From positions 1 through 15,023 of the forward strand of contig CAXBPH010000170.1 of assembly GCA_963977445.1 (NCBI GenBank): a DNA stretch of 15,023 nt. The letters are read 5' to 3'. The notes beneath the pieces were generated by a model. The model was not told where the DNA came from, searched no databases, and saw only the letters and a list, made by a program, of their open reading frames with translations. Of this stretch, positions 1 to 9,400 are shown one piece after another. Position numbers and translations under genes: made by a program. The DNA comes from an uncultured bacterium (GTDB lineage Bacteria > Hydrogenedentota > Hydrogenedentia > Hydrogenedentales > JAEUWI01). Numbering within the stretch: the first letter of the stretch is position 1; each line of letters begins with the position of its first letter.

Positions 1-280
1 TCGGCCCGGTTCGCCCGGTGAACGAAGTGATTACGTCGTGGTGCCAAGGTGATTGAAGATGAAGGGCGGGTGATGGAGATCGCCGTGGCTGTCCCTGAGG
101 GTTCGTCACGTGGGGATTCACACACGAACCGACGTTGTCGGATCGCGTGGCACGGGTGGCGTACGTGCGGTGCAGTCCCTGTGTCGTCGTTGGTGACTTG
201 ACTTGTCCGGGGGTTGTATTGAATGATGGCCGATGCACCTTGTGGCGTAGTTGCGCCGCGTAACAACTGAGGAATACTTC

Positions 281-1432
281 ATGAAATTCAGAGAATTGTG
301 CGGCGCCATTGCGGGTGTATCCGCCATGGTCGCGGTAAGCACCTCCTGCTCCGCCGAGCTGACCTTTGAGAAACAACGCATTGGAACGGGTACCTATGAA
401 GCCGGGTCCATTTGCGACATTAACAACGACGGCGTGCTCGATATTGTTTCCGGCGAATACTGGCATCCGGGCCCGGACTTCACCGCCTCCCACAAGATCG
501 CCACCATTCTGGAGCAGTCTACGTATTTTGACGACTTCTCCAATTACCCCATGGATGTGAACGGTGATGGGTATGTCGACATCGTTTCCGGCGGCTGGTT
601 TGCGAAAAAGCTGGTCTGGCGGGAAAACCCCCAGGGTACGACCGTCGAGTGGGTTACCCACGAGATTGCCGAAGTGGGCAATGTAGAGCGCGGATGCTTC
701 TGGGATATTGATGGCGATGGTTTTGTGGAGGCCGTGCCGAACCTGCCCAACGATGGCGTGGCTATCTTTGTGCTGGAGCGGGATGAGGCCGGCAAGGGCA
801 AAGGCACCTTCCGCCGTGTCGATGTGTATGGGGAAAAGCAGGGCCACGGCCTGGGCTTTGGCGACATTAACGGCGACGGGCGAGACGATATCGTTCTGCC
901 CCACGGTTGGCTGGAAGCGCCGGCAAAACCTTTCGACGAGGCCTGGACCTTTCATGCCGAATTGGAACTGGGTGAGGCCAGTGTGCCCGTGCTGGTTTAC
1001 GACATGAATGGCGACGGCAAGAACGATCTCATTGTCGGCCAGGGTCATGATTACGGCCTGGCGTGGATCGAGCAAGGAATGGCCGAGGGCAAACGGACCT
1101 GGACCAAACACGAAATCGAGACGGACCGGTCTCAGTTTCACGTGTTGGATCTGGCCGACCTCGATAATGATGGTACGCCCGAACTCATCACCGGCAAGCG
1201 TTATCACGCCCACAACGGCAGTGATCCCGGCGCCGCCGAGCCGGTGGGACTTTACTACTATCCCTTGACGGGCACCGAGCTGAAGCGCCACGTAATCGAC
1301 TATGGTCCGGCGGACACGGCCAGTGGTTCCGGAATTTATTTCTGGGTGGCCGATATCGACGGCAACGGCTGGAAAGATATCCTGGCCCCGGGCAAAGAGG
1401 GCATATACCTCTTTAAAAATCAGGGCAAGTAA
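281..1432 (+). CDS. Secreted FG-GAP/VCBS repeat (beta-propeller) protein
   Basis: Seven DxN/DxDGxxD-type repeats (DINNDGVLD, DVNGDGYVD, DIDGDGFVE, DINGDGRDD, DMNGDGKND, DLDNDGTPE, DIDGNGWKD). Hydrophobic N-terminal signal. GAGGA RBS at 269-273 favours ATG 281 over TTG 251. Confidence 0.88.
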   Translation: MKFRELCGAIAGVSAMVAVSTSCSAELTFEKQRIGTGTYEAGSICDINNDGVLDIVSGEYWHPGPDFTASHKIATILEQSTYFDDFSNYPMDVNGDGYVDIVSGGWFAKKLVWRENPQGTTVEWVTHEIAEVGNVERGCFWDIDGDGFVEAVPNLPNDGVAIFVLERDEAGKGKGTFRRVDVYGEKQGHGLGFGDINGDGRDDIVLPHGWLEAPAKPFDEAWTFHAELELGEASVPVLVYDMNGDGKNDLIVGQGHDYGLAWIEQGMAEGKRTWTKHEIETDRSQFHVLDLADLDNDGTPELITGKRYHAHNGSDPGAAEPVGLYYYPLTGTELKRHVIDYGPADTASGSGIYFWVADIDGNGWKDILAPGKEGIYLFKNQGK

Positions 1433-1468
1433 TCCAGCGCTGCTTTGCTGACAATCATATTAAATGCG

Positions 1469-1500
1469 TAAACCCGGTTTCCTGAAGGAAACCGGGTTTA
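1469..1500. terminator. Probable bidirectional intrinsic terminator between convergent genes
   Basis: Perfect 14 bp stem TAAACCCGGTTTCC-TGAA-GGAAACCGGGTTTA between the stop codons at 1432 (+) and 1527 (-). Confidence 0.85.
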
Positions 1501-1526
1501 TTGCATATTCCGTGCTCCGGGCACAA

Positions 1527-1841
1527 TTACTTCTTTGGAGGAGTAATTGCGTCTTTCGCTGCTTTGGCGATACGGAACTTGAGGACCTTCTTGGCGGGGA
1601 TTTTGATGGTCTCGCCGGTCTTTGGGTTACGTCCCTTGCGGGCCTTACGGGCCTGAACGACCAACTTACCCATGCCGGGGATGGTGAAACCAACCGTGGC
1701 CTGGTTGTAGGACAGTTCGGTAAGGGCGGCAAGAACGGTGGTTACGTCCTTTTTCGGCAGGCCGGTTTCTTCTGCCAGTGATTCAATGATTTTGGCTTTG
1801 GTCAACGGCTTGTCGGTGGGCTTTGCTTTCTTGAATGCCAT
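1527..1841 (-). CDS. hup: HU family DNA-binding protein
   Basis: 104 aa basic protein with LTKAKIIESLAE, FTIPGMGKL and RKARKGRNPKTGETIKIPAKKVLKFR, the HU/IHF signature. AGGAG RBS upstream on the minus strand. Confidence 0.95.
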   Translation of the reverse strand: MAFKKAKPTDKPLTKAKIIESLAEETGLPKKDVTTVLAALTELSYNQATVGFTIPGMGKLVVQARKARKGRNPKTGETIKIPAKKVLKFRIAKAAKDAITPPKK

Positions 1842-2113
1842 GTGTCGCTTCTCCTTTTTGTTTCTCTCGAAGTATCATGGTGTGGTTAACGCGGATTCGC
1901 AACAGACGATATCCGAACTGGCGCTGCCAGTCTCCAACGCATGAACTACTATTGATTACCGTTCAAATAACGATTTGTCAAGCCCTATTTTCAGGGGTAA
2001 AAAAATTTTCGCCCCCAAATCGCCCTTATTTTACGGGGTCATTCCGGTCTCAAAAATGGCCCATTTTAAACTCAAAATCGTAAGTATAGCATTTGCAACC
2101 ACTTACATTTTGA

Positions 2114-2142
2114 TTGACGCATGCTTTTTTTCCGCGTATAGT
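2114..2142 (+). promoter_or_regulatory. Sigma70-type promoter for the 2199 gene
   Basis: TTGACG (2114-2119), 17 bp spacer, TATAGT (2137-2142), in an AT-rich divergent intergenic region. Confidence 0.7.
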
Positions 2143-2198
2143 GCGTCACACGTGCCCAACCGGCATTTTTTCTTATCAAGCTCGCAAAGGAATTTTTT

Positions 2199-2825
2199 AT
2201 GATTTTTGCCGCCATAGGCAATATCGATGGAAACGAAACTGCACTGAAGTGCACCTTGTCGGCGATTGAAGAGATGGGAATTCACACCATTCTTCACACC
2301 GGCAACGCCGTCGTAGGCCTGCAGGGGGCCAATGAAATCATGACCCTGCTCGAACAATTCAACGTGACCTGCGTCCAGGGAAGTATGGATCGCCTTGCGG
2401 TGCGTTACTCCAGAAAACAGGAAACACTCGATAGAAAATTGGATGAAAGCACCCGGGACGCCCTGCGGTGGACCCACGAAAACATGAGCAGCCAAAACCT
2501 GGAAGTTATCCGGGACTGGCGCAAGACGAAACAGCTTGAACTGGAAGGACTCCAGATTTTCCTGTGCCACGGCTCGCCCTCCAACCCCCGTGAGCTTTTA
2601 ACGGCAGACACGCCCCGGTCCAAACTGCAGCGTCAGCGAGAACACAGCCGGGCGGACATTATTGTCTGCGGTGGCGCAGATGAACCCTTCAGCATGGAGG
2701 TGGATGGTGCGCTCTTCGTGTCTCCTGGTGGACTCATGGCGGCATCGGGGAACGCCCAGTTTGCGCTGATAAACACGGAAGAAAAACCGTGGACCGTGAC
2801 CATGGAACCGGTCAGTCTGCCTTAA
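2199..2825 (+). CDS. Calcineurin-like metallophosphoesterase-fold protein (YfcE/MJ0936-like) with degenerate metal ligands
   Basis: Motif order and spacing match the family: IGNIDGN (cf. SDIHGN), TGNAV (cf. GDLV), GSMD (cf. GNHD), CHGSP, CGGADEP (cf. GHTHxP), SPGGL (cf. NPGSV). Confidence 0.8.
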   Translation: MIFAAIGNIDGNETALKCTLSAIEEMGIHTILHTGNAVVGLQGANEIMTLLEQFNVTCVQGSMDRLAVRYSRKQETLDRKLDESTRDALRWTHENMSSQNLEVIRDWRKTKQLELEGLQIFLCHGSPSNPRELLTADTPRSKLQRQREHSRADIIVCGGADEPFSMEVDGALFVSPGGLMAASGNAQFALINTEEKPWTVTMEPVSLP

Positions 2826-3543
2826 CGTTCTCCGGCACGAGCTCCGGCAGGACCGCCAGGAATTCATTCCAGTGATGGAAGGTATGCTCTGCGCGGGTCG
2901 TTGGGGCAAAGCGGTCATTGGCACCGGCAAAGAGTCCCCCTACGCCGCCCACGGCCTGGACCCCCTTGATGTCGGTGGGCTCGAGATCGCCCAGATGCAA
3001 TAATTCCTGGGGCGCAACGCCGAGGGCCGCCGCTGTTTTTTCAAACATGGGTGCCTGGGGTTTGGCCACGCCCAACTCATCCGAAAAGGTCAGGGTGGTG
3101 AAATAGGGCGTGAAACCGTGCCGGTCCAGTAAGGTCCGCAATGACGTGCCGGGACTCATGCCGCTATCGGAAATAATGCCAATGGGTACCCGCGCTGCGG
3201 CAGCCTGAACGGCCTCCAGGGCACCGGCGATAGGCGTGGGCGGATGGGTGTAGATGGCGGTGCCGAAAAAGGTCGCCAATTCGTCAAAGGTTTCGGGGGT
3301 GAGGGTGATCGCGATGGATTCACAGACCATACGCACCGCGTCGGCCGGGGCCAGGGTACGCTGCTCGTTGACGTGAACCCGAAAAAATCGGTCGTGGGCT
3401 TCTTGCAGGGCAAGGTCTACGGCTCCCCGGTGGGCACCCGTAGCATCGCAAAACGCATCCACGCGGATCTGGTGGCGTTCTTCGCGATTGCTTTCTTCAA
3501 AGAGGGTCATCCAGAAGTCGAAGGTAATCGCGCGAATCGCCAC
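2812..3543 (-). CDS. HAD-superfamily hydrolase
   Basis: Motif I AITFDFWMTL, motif II IISDS, motif III FSDELGVAKP, motif IV HLGDLEPTDIKG. GTG start overlaps the stop of the upstream gene. Confidence 0.9.
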   Translation of the reverse strand: MAIRAITFDFWMTLFEESNREERHQIRVDAFCDATGAHRGAVDLALQEAHDRFFRVHVNEQRTLAPADAVRMVCESIAITLTPETFDELATFFGTAIYTHPPTPIAGALEAVQAAAARVPIGIISDSGMSPGTSLRTLLDRHGFTPYFTTLTFSDELGVAKPQAPMFEKTAAALGVAPQELLHLGDLEPTDIKGVQAVGGVGGLFAGANDRFAPTTRAEHTFHHWNEFLAVLPELVPENVKAD

Positions 3544-4136
3544 TACTGGTACCGATCCCCCTGGATGCCTTGCTGGGATACGAGATCGCGATAGGCCTGC
3601 AATTGGGCCTCGGTCACCCCGTCCGTGCGGTGTCCCATACGTCGGGCCGGTGCACCATTCCAGATTTCCAGGGGCCCTACATCGCGCGTGATGACCGAGA
3701 AGGGTCCGATTACGGCCCCATCACCAATGGTCACGCCCGGGCCAATGAAGCAACCACTGCCCACGAAGACATTGTCGCCAATGTAGATGGGCTTCGAAAC
3801 GTAGGTCACTTCTTGTTGGCCGTCGCTGTTGCCTTTTAATACGGGCATGGTGTCGCAAATATAAGAGAACTCGGCGATGGCCGTGTAGTTGCCAATCTGG
3901 ATGAGTTCGTGGGCCTCTGCGGTGCAGCCCCAGCTCAAGCCCGAGCGATTACCGAAGATGATTTTTCCATCCCCATGGGTGCGCAGGGTCACATCGTTGC
4001 GAAAACGGCAAAAATCGCCCAGTTCCACGTGGCCCTGCACCGAAAGCTGGGGTATGGGAAACTGGCAGCGCTTTCCCGTGCGGGCAAATTTCCAATGGTG
4101 CCGCACGGTGAGCCAGGTCCGTTCAATCGTATTCAT
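3543..4136 (-). CDS. Hexapeptide-repeat (left-handed beta-helix) O-acyltransferase
   Basis: KPIYIGDNVFVGSGCFIGPGVTIGDGAVIGPFSVITRDV...WNGAPAR is typical of maltose/galactoside acetyltransferase-like proteins. GAAGGA RBS upstream. Confidence 0.88.
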   Translation of the reverse strand: MNTIERTWLTVRHHWKFARTGKRCQFPIPQLSVQGHVELGDFCRFRNDVTLRTHGDGKIIFGNRSGLSWGCTAEAHELIQIGNYTAIAEFSYICDTMPVLKGNSDGQQEVTYVSKPIYIGDNVFVGSGCFIGPGVTIGDGAVIGPFSVITRDVGPLEIWNGAPARRMGHRTDGVTEAQLQAYRDLVSQQGIQGDRYQ

Positions 4137-4294
4137 AGGTCCGTTCCTTCAGGGTGGCTGCGATCCGTTGCAGCAGCCCCTATTGTAGTGGACATCGACG
4201 GGACGAGGCAACGGGCCGCTGGCGCTTTGTCCAAAGCGTGGGACAACGGAGGGCCGGGAGGAAAAAAAGCGGAATAGTTTTTCCTGCGGCCCTT

Positions 4295-4303
4295 TGGTAT
4301 ACT
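4295..4303 (+). promoter_or_regulatory. Possible extended -10 promoter for the transketolase gene
   Basis: TG-G-TATACT about 150 bp upstream of the ATG. No good -35 element. Confidence 0.35.
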
Positions 4304-4452
4304 TGCACCGACCATTTTGGGGATGTTGGGCCCGTCTGCAGTGCCTGCAGAAACGGGTGAGGTGTGGATAATTCTTACCTTTAGTGCCACGTCCTGAATT
4401 GGATAATCTATCGCCATCTACTCACGATCCGTGTAAGGAAGAAGGAGAACCC

Positions 4453-6351
4453 ATGTCTTTTCCTATCGACGTCAGCAACTACAAGCCGGTGGCCATTGAC
4501 CCCTTCAGTGGCGGTGCCATCACACCCGAGCAAAAAGCCCAGCTTCAGACCAACATCCAGATCGTTCGCGACACCATCGTGTTTTTCACGGCGGTCGCGG
4601 GCATCCGTGGTTTCGGTGGTCACACGGGTGGTGCCTACAGCATCGTTCCCGAAGTGTTAATCGCCGACAGCTTTATGAAGGGTAGTGACCGTGTGTACCC
4701 CGCCTATTTCGACGAGGGTGGACACCGGGTAGCTATCCAATACGCCATGAGCGCCTTCAACGGCGAAATGCCCTTTGAAAAACTCCTCCAGTACCGTGCC
4801 GCCGGTGCTGGCCTCTATGGCCACCCCGAGATCGACCCGGAACTCGGCATTAAATTCGCCTCCGGCCGTCTCGGTCACATGTGGCCCTTCGTCAACGGTG
4901 TGGCCAAGGCCAACAGCGATGGCGTGGTCTTCATGTTTGGATCCGACGGCTCCCAGATGGAAGGCAACGACGCCGAGGCCGCCCGCCTGGCCGTGGCCCA
5001 GCAGCTCAACGTGAAGCTGGCCATCGACGACAACAACGTAACTATCTCCGGTCATCCCGCAGATTACCTGCCCGGCTATGATGTGGCCCAGACCCTTACG
5101 GGTCATGGACTCACCGTGGACACGGGTGATGGCGAAGATTTCGACGCCCTCTATGCACGCATGCTCAAGTCGATTCAGACCAACGGCCCCGTTGCCCTGG
5201 TCAACAAGCGCAAAATGGCCCCCGGCATCCCGGGCATCGAAGGCACCCACGCGGGCCACGATGTTATCGACAAAGACTCGGCCATTGCCTACCTGACCCT
5301 TCATGGCCAGAACGCCGCCATCGACTTCCTCAATGCCGTCAAGAAAACCAGCGCCTCCGTAAGCTACGTAGGCTCCACGGCGGAACAGGGCAGCAACCGC
5401 ACCGAATTCGGCAACATCGTCAACGGTATTCTCGACAAGATCCCCGCCGCAGAACGCGCCCACAAGGTCCTCGTCGTTGACTCCGATCTGGAAGGTTCCA
5501 CCGGCCTCAAAGGCATTCGCGTGGCCCACCCCGACGTCTGCATCAACGGCGGCGTCCAGGAACGCGGCAACTTCTCCGCAGCGGCCGGCTTCGGCTTTGG
5601 CCCCGGCAAACAGGGTATCTTCAGCACCTTTTCCGCCTTCCTGGAAATGATTATCTCCGAGGCCACCATGGCCCGCCTCAACGGCTCCCGAGTGATTTGT
5701 CACTTCTCCCACGCCGGTGTGGATGAAATCGCCGACAACACCTGCCACTACGGCATCAACATCTGGCTCGCCCACAGCGGCATCAAAGAAGGCGACACCA
5801 ACCGCCTCTACTTCGCCGCCGACGCCGCCCAGCTTAAGAGCCTCGTGGAAACCATCTGGGACGACGAAGGCATCCGTTACGTCTTCACCACCCGGAGCAA
5901 GGTGCCCTACATCGCCAAGGAAGACGGCTCCAAGTTCTACGACGACAAATATCAGTTTGTCGCCGGAAAAGACGAAGTGCTCCGCGAAGGTACGGCTGGT
6001 TATGTCATCTCCTACGGTGAAATGGTTTACCGCGCTATCGACGCCGTGGACCGTGCCCGTGCCGAAGGCATCGACGTGGGCCTCATCAACAAGCCCACGC
6101 TCAACGTCATCGACGAAGACATGCTCAAGAAAGTCGGCGGCAGCCCCTTCGCCCTCGTGGTGGAAGCGCAAAACGAAAACAACGGCCTCGGCAGCCGCTA
6201 CGGCACCTGGCTCCTCGAGCGTGGCCTTGCCCCCAAGCTCGGCGTCATGGCCGTCCACAAGCCCGGTGAAGGCGGTATCGCCGAACACGTGCCCCACCAG
6301 GGATTAGACCCCGACAGCATCCTCGCTAAGATCAAAACGCTGGCTGGCTAA
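4453..6351 (+). CDS. Transketolase-family ThDP-dependent enzyme (divergent, single chain)
   Basis: ThDP motif GSDGSQMEG...IDDNN, plus GHTGG, GHPE, SGRLG, DSDLEGS, GVQE, STFSAF and a C-terminal transketolase domain. AAGGAG RBS before ATG 4453. Strong C-ending codon bias. Confidence 0.88.
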   Translation: MSFPIDVSNYKPVAIDPFSGGAITPEQKAQLQTNIQIVRDTIVFFTAVAGIRGFGGHTGGAYSIVPEVLIADSFMKGSDRVYPAYFDEGGHRVAIQYAMSAFNGEMPFEKLLQYRAAGAGLYGHPEIDPELGIKFASGRLGHMWPFVNGVAKANSDGVVFMFGSDGSQMEGNDAEAARLAVAQQLNVKLAIDDNNVTISGHPADYLPGYDVAQTLTGHGLTVDTGDGEDFDALYARMLKSIQTNGPVALVNKRKMAPGIPGIEGTHAGHDVIDKDSAIAYLTLHGQNAAIDFLNAVKKTSASVSYVGSTAEQGSNRTEFGNIVNGILDKIPAAERAHKVLVVDSDLEGSTGLKGIRVAHPDVCINGGVQERGNFSAAAGFGFGPGKQGIFSTFSAFLEMIISEATMARLNGSRVICHFSHAGVDEIADNTCHYGINIWLAHSGIKEGDTNRLYFAADAAQLKSLVETIWDDEGIRYVFTTRSKVPYIAKEDGSKFYDDKYQFVAGKDEVLREGTAGYVISYGEMVYRAIDAVDRARAEGIDVGLINKPTLNVIDEDMLKKVGGSPFALVVEAQNENNGLGSRYGTWLLERGLAPKLGVMAVHKPGEGGIAEHVPHQGLDPDSILAKIKTLAG

Positions 6352-6410
6352 TCCCACGGCGATAGCTTAAGACCCACCACGGCCCCGGAGAACTTCTTCG
6401 GGGCCGTTTT
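6266..6410 (+). repeat. Direct repeat copy 1 (transketolase 3' end plus terminator)
   Basis: Aligns ungapped with 9757-9901. Manual count gives 15 mismatches in 145 nt. Confidence 0.97.
6379..6410 (+). terminator. Intrinsic terminator after transketolase (short T tract)
   Basis: ACGGCCCCGGAG-AACTT-CTTCGGGGCCGT hairpin ending in only four T. Confidence 0.7.
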
Positions 6411-9400
6411 AGTATACTTAGGTAAGATTATTGTGGCAGGGGACTACTCGACTCTGATTTTAAAAGCGATCAGATGTTTACAAAAGGGGAACATGATGAT
6501 ACTAGGTTTTACTCCTCGGCAAAACAGGATTCTTAAGCGACTCGAACTTGTTGGGCCTGGTTCAAAAGCATTCTTTCAGGACTATGTGCGAATTAGAGCA
6601 TGTTCCGAAAACCTCGAAAGTACAACACATATCATCGGGCACCTTTTCCGAGAGATTGAAAGTGCGGTTCGTGACGTGATACTGCCGATATCTCCCCCAT
6701 GCGAGAAGAAAAAAAATGGTGACGAAAGTCACAAGCTTGAGATCGCTTCTTGTCTGAACGGACTCGAAATAGATCTCAATGATCCGATTTGTTCGATGTG
6801 GTATTCATTTACGGGACGAGATGGCTGCGCTTTGAATACGCTTGCACATCGGAATGGCTTGTATTTGTCTAAGATTGGACAACAAGAATCAAGTTTTCAG
6901 TGGGACAATTTCGAGGAGGTGATGGATGTAGTGCTCTCCAAATACGAAAGCAAGTATCTGACGATAATCTCCCAACTAGACGAACTGCTCCAGAAACCAA
7001 CACCTGGTAATATCGACGCAAAGAAGCTTGTTGGAAAGATACCTCAACACCCCACGATACTCCGGTACTTTCTGGAGCGAGTTCAAAATCCAGCTTGGCT
7101 GGACCTATTGGATACACAAGGTTTCTTCGCAAATCCACCCTCCAAGAGGTTGGCGCCTTCGGGTGACTATTTTGAGCTACCTAGTTGGTCAGCATCGAAT
7201 TTCTTGATCAGAATGGCACCGCTGGCGCCGACGTCAGTAGCAAGAGTCATCGCATCAATCGAGGGCGTAGACAATCGCAATATTTGTATGGATCTCGTCA
7301 ATGCAGTACTCCTGCTTCCCGCAGCAGAGCGAAAGGAAGTGGGAAATTCACTGACTACCTGGATCTCGAAGTGCGATCACATAGCGATTCACGATGACTA
7401 CGCCGAATTAATCGCGAAATTTCTTAATATAGGCGAGATCCAAAAAGCACTCGATCTCATTGAGCAATTGCTCTCAGTGAGGGTTTCGAATATATCTGAC
7501 ACGCCTGAATATCGCTTTGAAGAATGGAGTCTCGAGCATTTTCTCAAAAAAGTAGTGCCAGATTTAGGTAGAACTGGAGATATTCGCGCGCTTGACCTTT
7601 TCGCGCGCCTCCTGAACGAGAGCTTTACTGTGAGTGGTGAGAGAGGGTCACGTTGGCAGTTTTTCAATACTTCATCGCTTCCGGCCATCGAGGAACACGA
7701 ACAGAATCAGGAGTATATCGGCCACCAGTGTTATCTGGTCTTCGCGATTCGTGATATCGCACTAGCGTTGGCTACTTCTCACTGGAATGATGTAATTGCC
7801 TGTATTCGTCGCTACGATGACAGAATATTCATGCGTATAGAGCTTTACCTCCGGGCAAGGTTTCCCAAAAAAGATCTAAGGGGTACCGCGGAACTTCTCT
7901 TTCAGGAGGAGATCTTGAGAAAATCCGAATTCCATCATGAACTATTTCACCTCCTCAAGGCATGCTTTGGCGACCTTTCAGATTTGGCACAAGACTACTA
8001 CCTTCGATTTGTTGGCGACGAAGCAAGGCTGGCGGAGATTCGCGAGCGTCGAGGCGCCATAAAAGATGAAAACTGGCCACGTATCAAGAAACAACTGATC
8101 TATGGTGGCTTGATACCAATTGCCGATTACTTGGTGGGTGAATGGAAAACACGCTATGAGGCGTATTTAGCGGAGTTTGGCGAGAAGCCCCATCCTGATT
8201 TCGAGGTCTATATGGAGGGCGGCCGACTTATAAATCGTATGCCCACTCGACCGTTGGAGGAGTTCACTGCTTGCAGCGCGGAGGCATTTGCGAATCGAAT
8301 TCGAAGCCGATCCTGAGTCCAGTACTGACTCCAAGAGCGAGCTGGCCAACACACTGCGCGATCTAGTCGCCACGAGGACTGCTGAGTTTGCGGCTGGAGC
8401 GCCTTACTTTTCAGGCCTGCCGATCATGTACACACGTTCCTTTCTGGGGAGCATTCGTGATTACTTGGAAACTCAAAGGCCGCTGGAGCCAAATGCGTGG
8501 TGCTCGGTGCTGAAGCTTTGTAGCTTCGAGGTAAAACAGTATCGGAACGTAGTCGAAGATAAGCGAAACTATCGCGAAACCTACATGCACCTTCGAACAA
8601 TCATTTCCATACTGCAGTCTGGCTTCAAACAGGACGAAACCCATCTTCCGGTTGAAGAGCGAGACTTGGCATGGGAAGTTTTTCGTCCGCTGACAAATCA
8701 TCCGGACCCGAAGGCAGACGAGGAGGAAGCCGATGAGGATAGAGCGACTTCTTCGATAAACACCGTCCGGGGCGAGGCCATGCATACCGTAGTGGATTAT
8801 GCTTTGTGGGTTAAGCGCAACTTGGATAGTGATTTCAAAGGTATGGCGACGGTTCCCGAAGTGCGCGAGGTGCTGGAGAAGCGCCTAACCGAGGATGCCT
8901 CCCTCACGATTTGTGCCGTTTATGGCAAGTGGTATCCTTGGCTGGAAGCGATAGATCCAGATTGGGCGACGGAATGGAAGGCGCAAATCTTCCCAGAGTC
9001 AATTGAGAAGCGTAGATGCGTGGCATGGGAAACGTATGTCACCTTTTGTCCACCCTACAATGGGATCTTCGAAACGCTTAAAGGCGACTATGCCTGGGCT
9101 GTCGCCAAGATTGGGACGTGGCCAGAACGCCAGCGTTCCATGGGTCACCCCGATGAGTCCCTGTTGGAGCACCTGTTTGCCTATTACTGGCGCGACAGGC
9201 TGCCGCTGGATGACCCCGATATTTCGCTTCGCGAGGCCTATGCGAAAGCGTCAGAAGAGCACAAAGTCGCGGCGTTGCGCTTTGTTGGGCGTAGTATCAA
9301 AGAATGGATATTCGTCGGCGATGAGACATTAGACCGATTAAAGACGCTGTGGGTAGACGTGGTAAAGCCCGACGGTGAGCAAAAGACATTAGAAACCTTT

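Noticed and set aside
1..250. Possible gene or RNA at the left edge, including ORF 118-381 on the minus strand
   Set aside because: No recognisable motif, RBS or structure; the ORF overlaps the FG-GAP gene start.
1953..1981. Minus-strand TTGACA as the HU promoter, with a CGTT-N5-AACG palindrome
   Set aside because: The -35 is perfect but there is no convincing -10 at 16-18 bp, and the palindrome is too short to assign.
4657..6297. 546 aa antisense ORF, and the alternative-frame ORF 5717-6307
   Set aside because: Shadows of the strongly codon-biased transketolase; no recognisable motifs.
6709..6716. A8 tract in the islet gene as a phase-variation site
   Set aside because: It is in frame (Lys-Lys-Asn), short, and unremarkable in AT-richer DNA.
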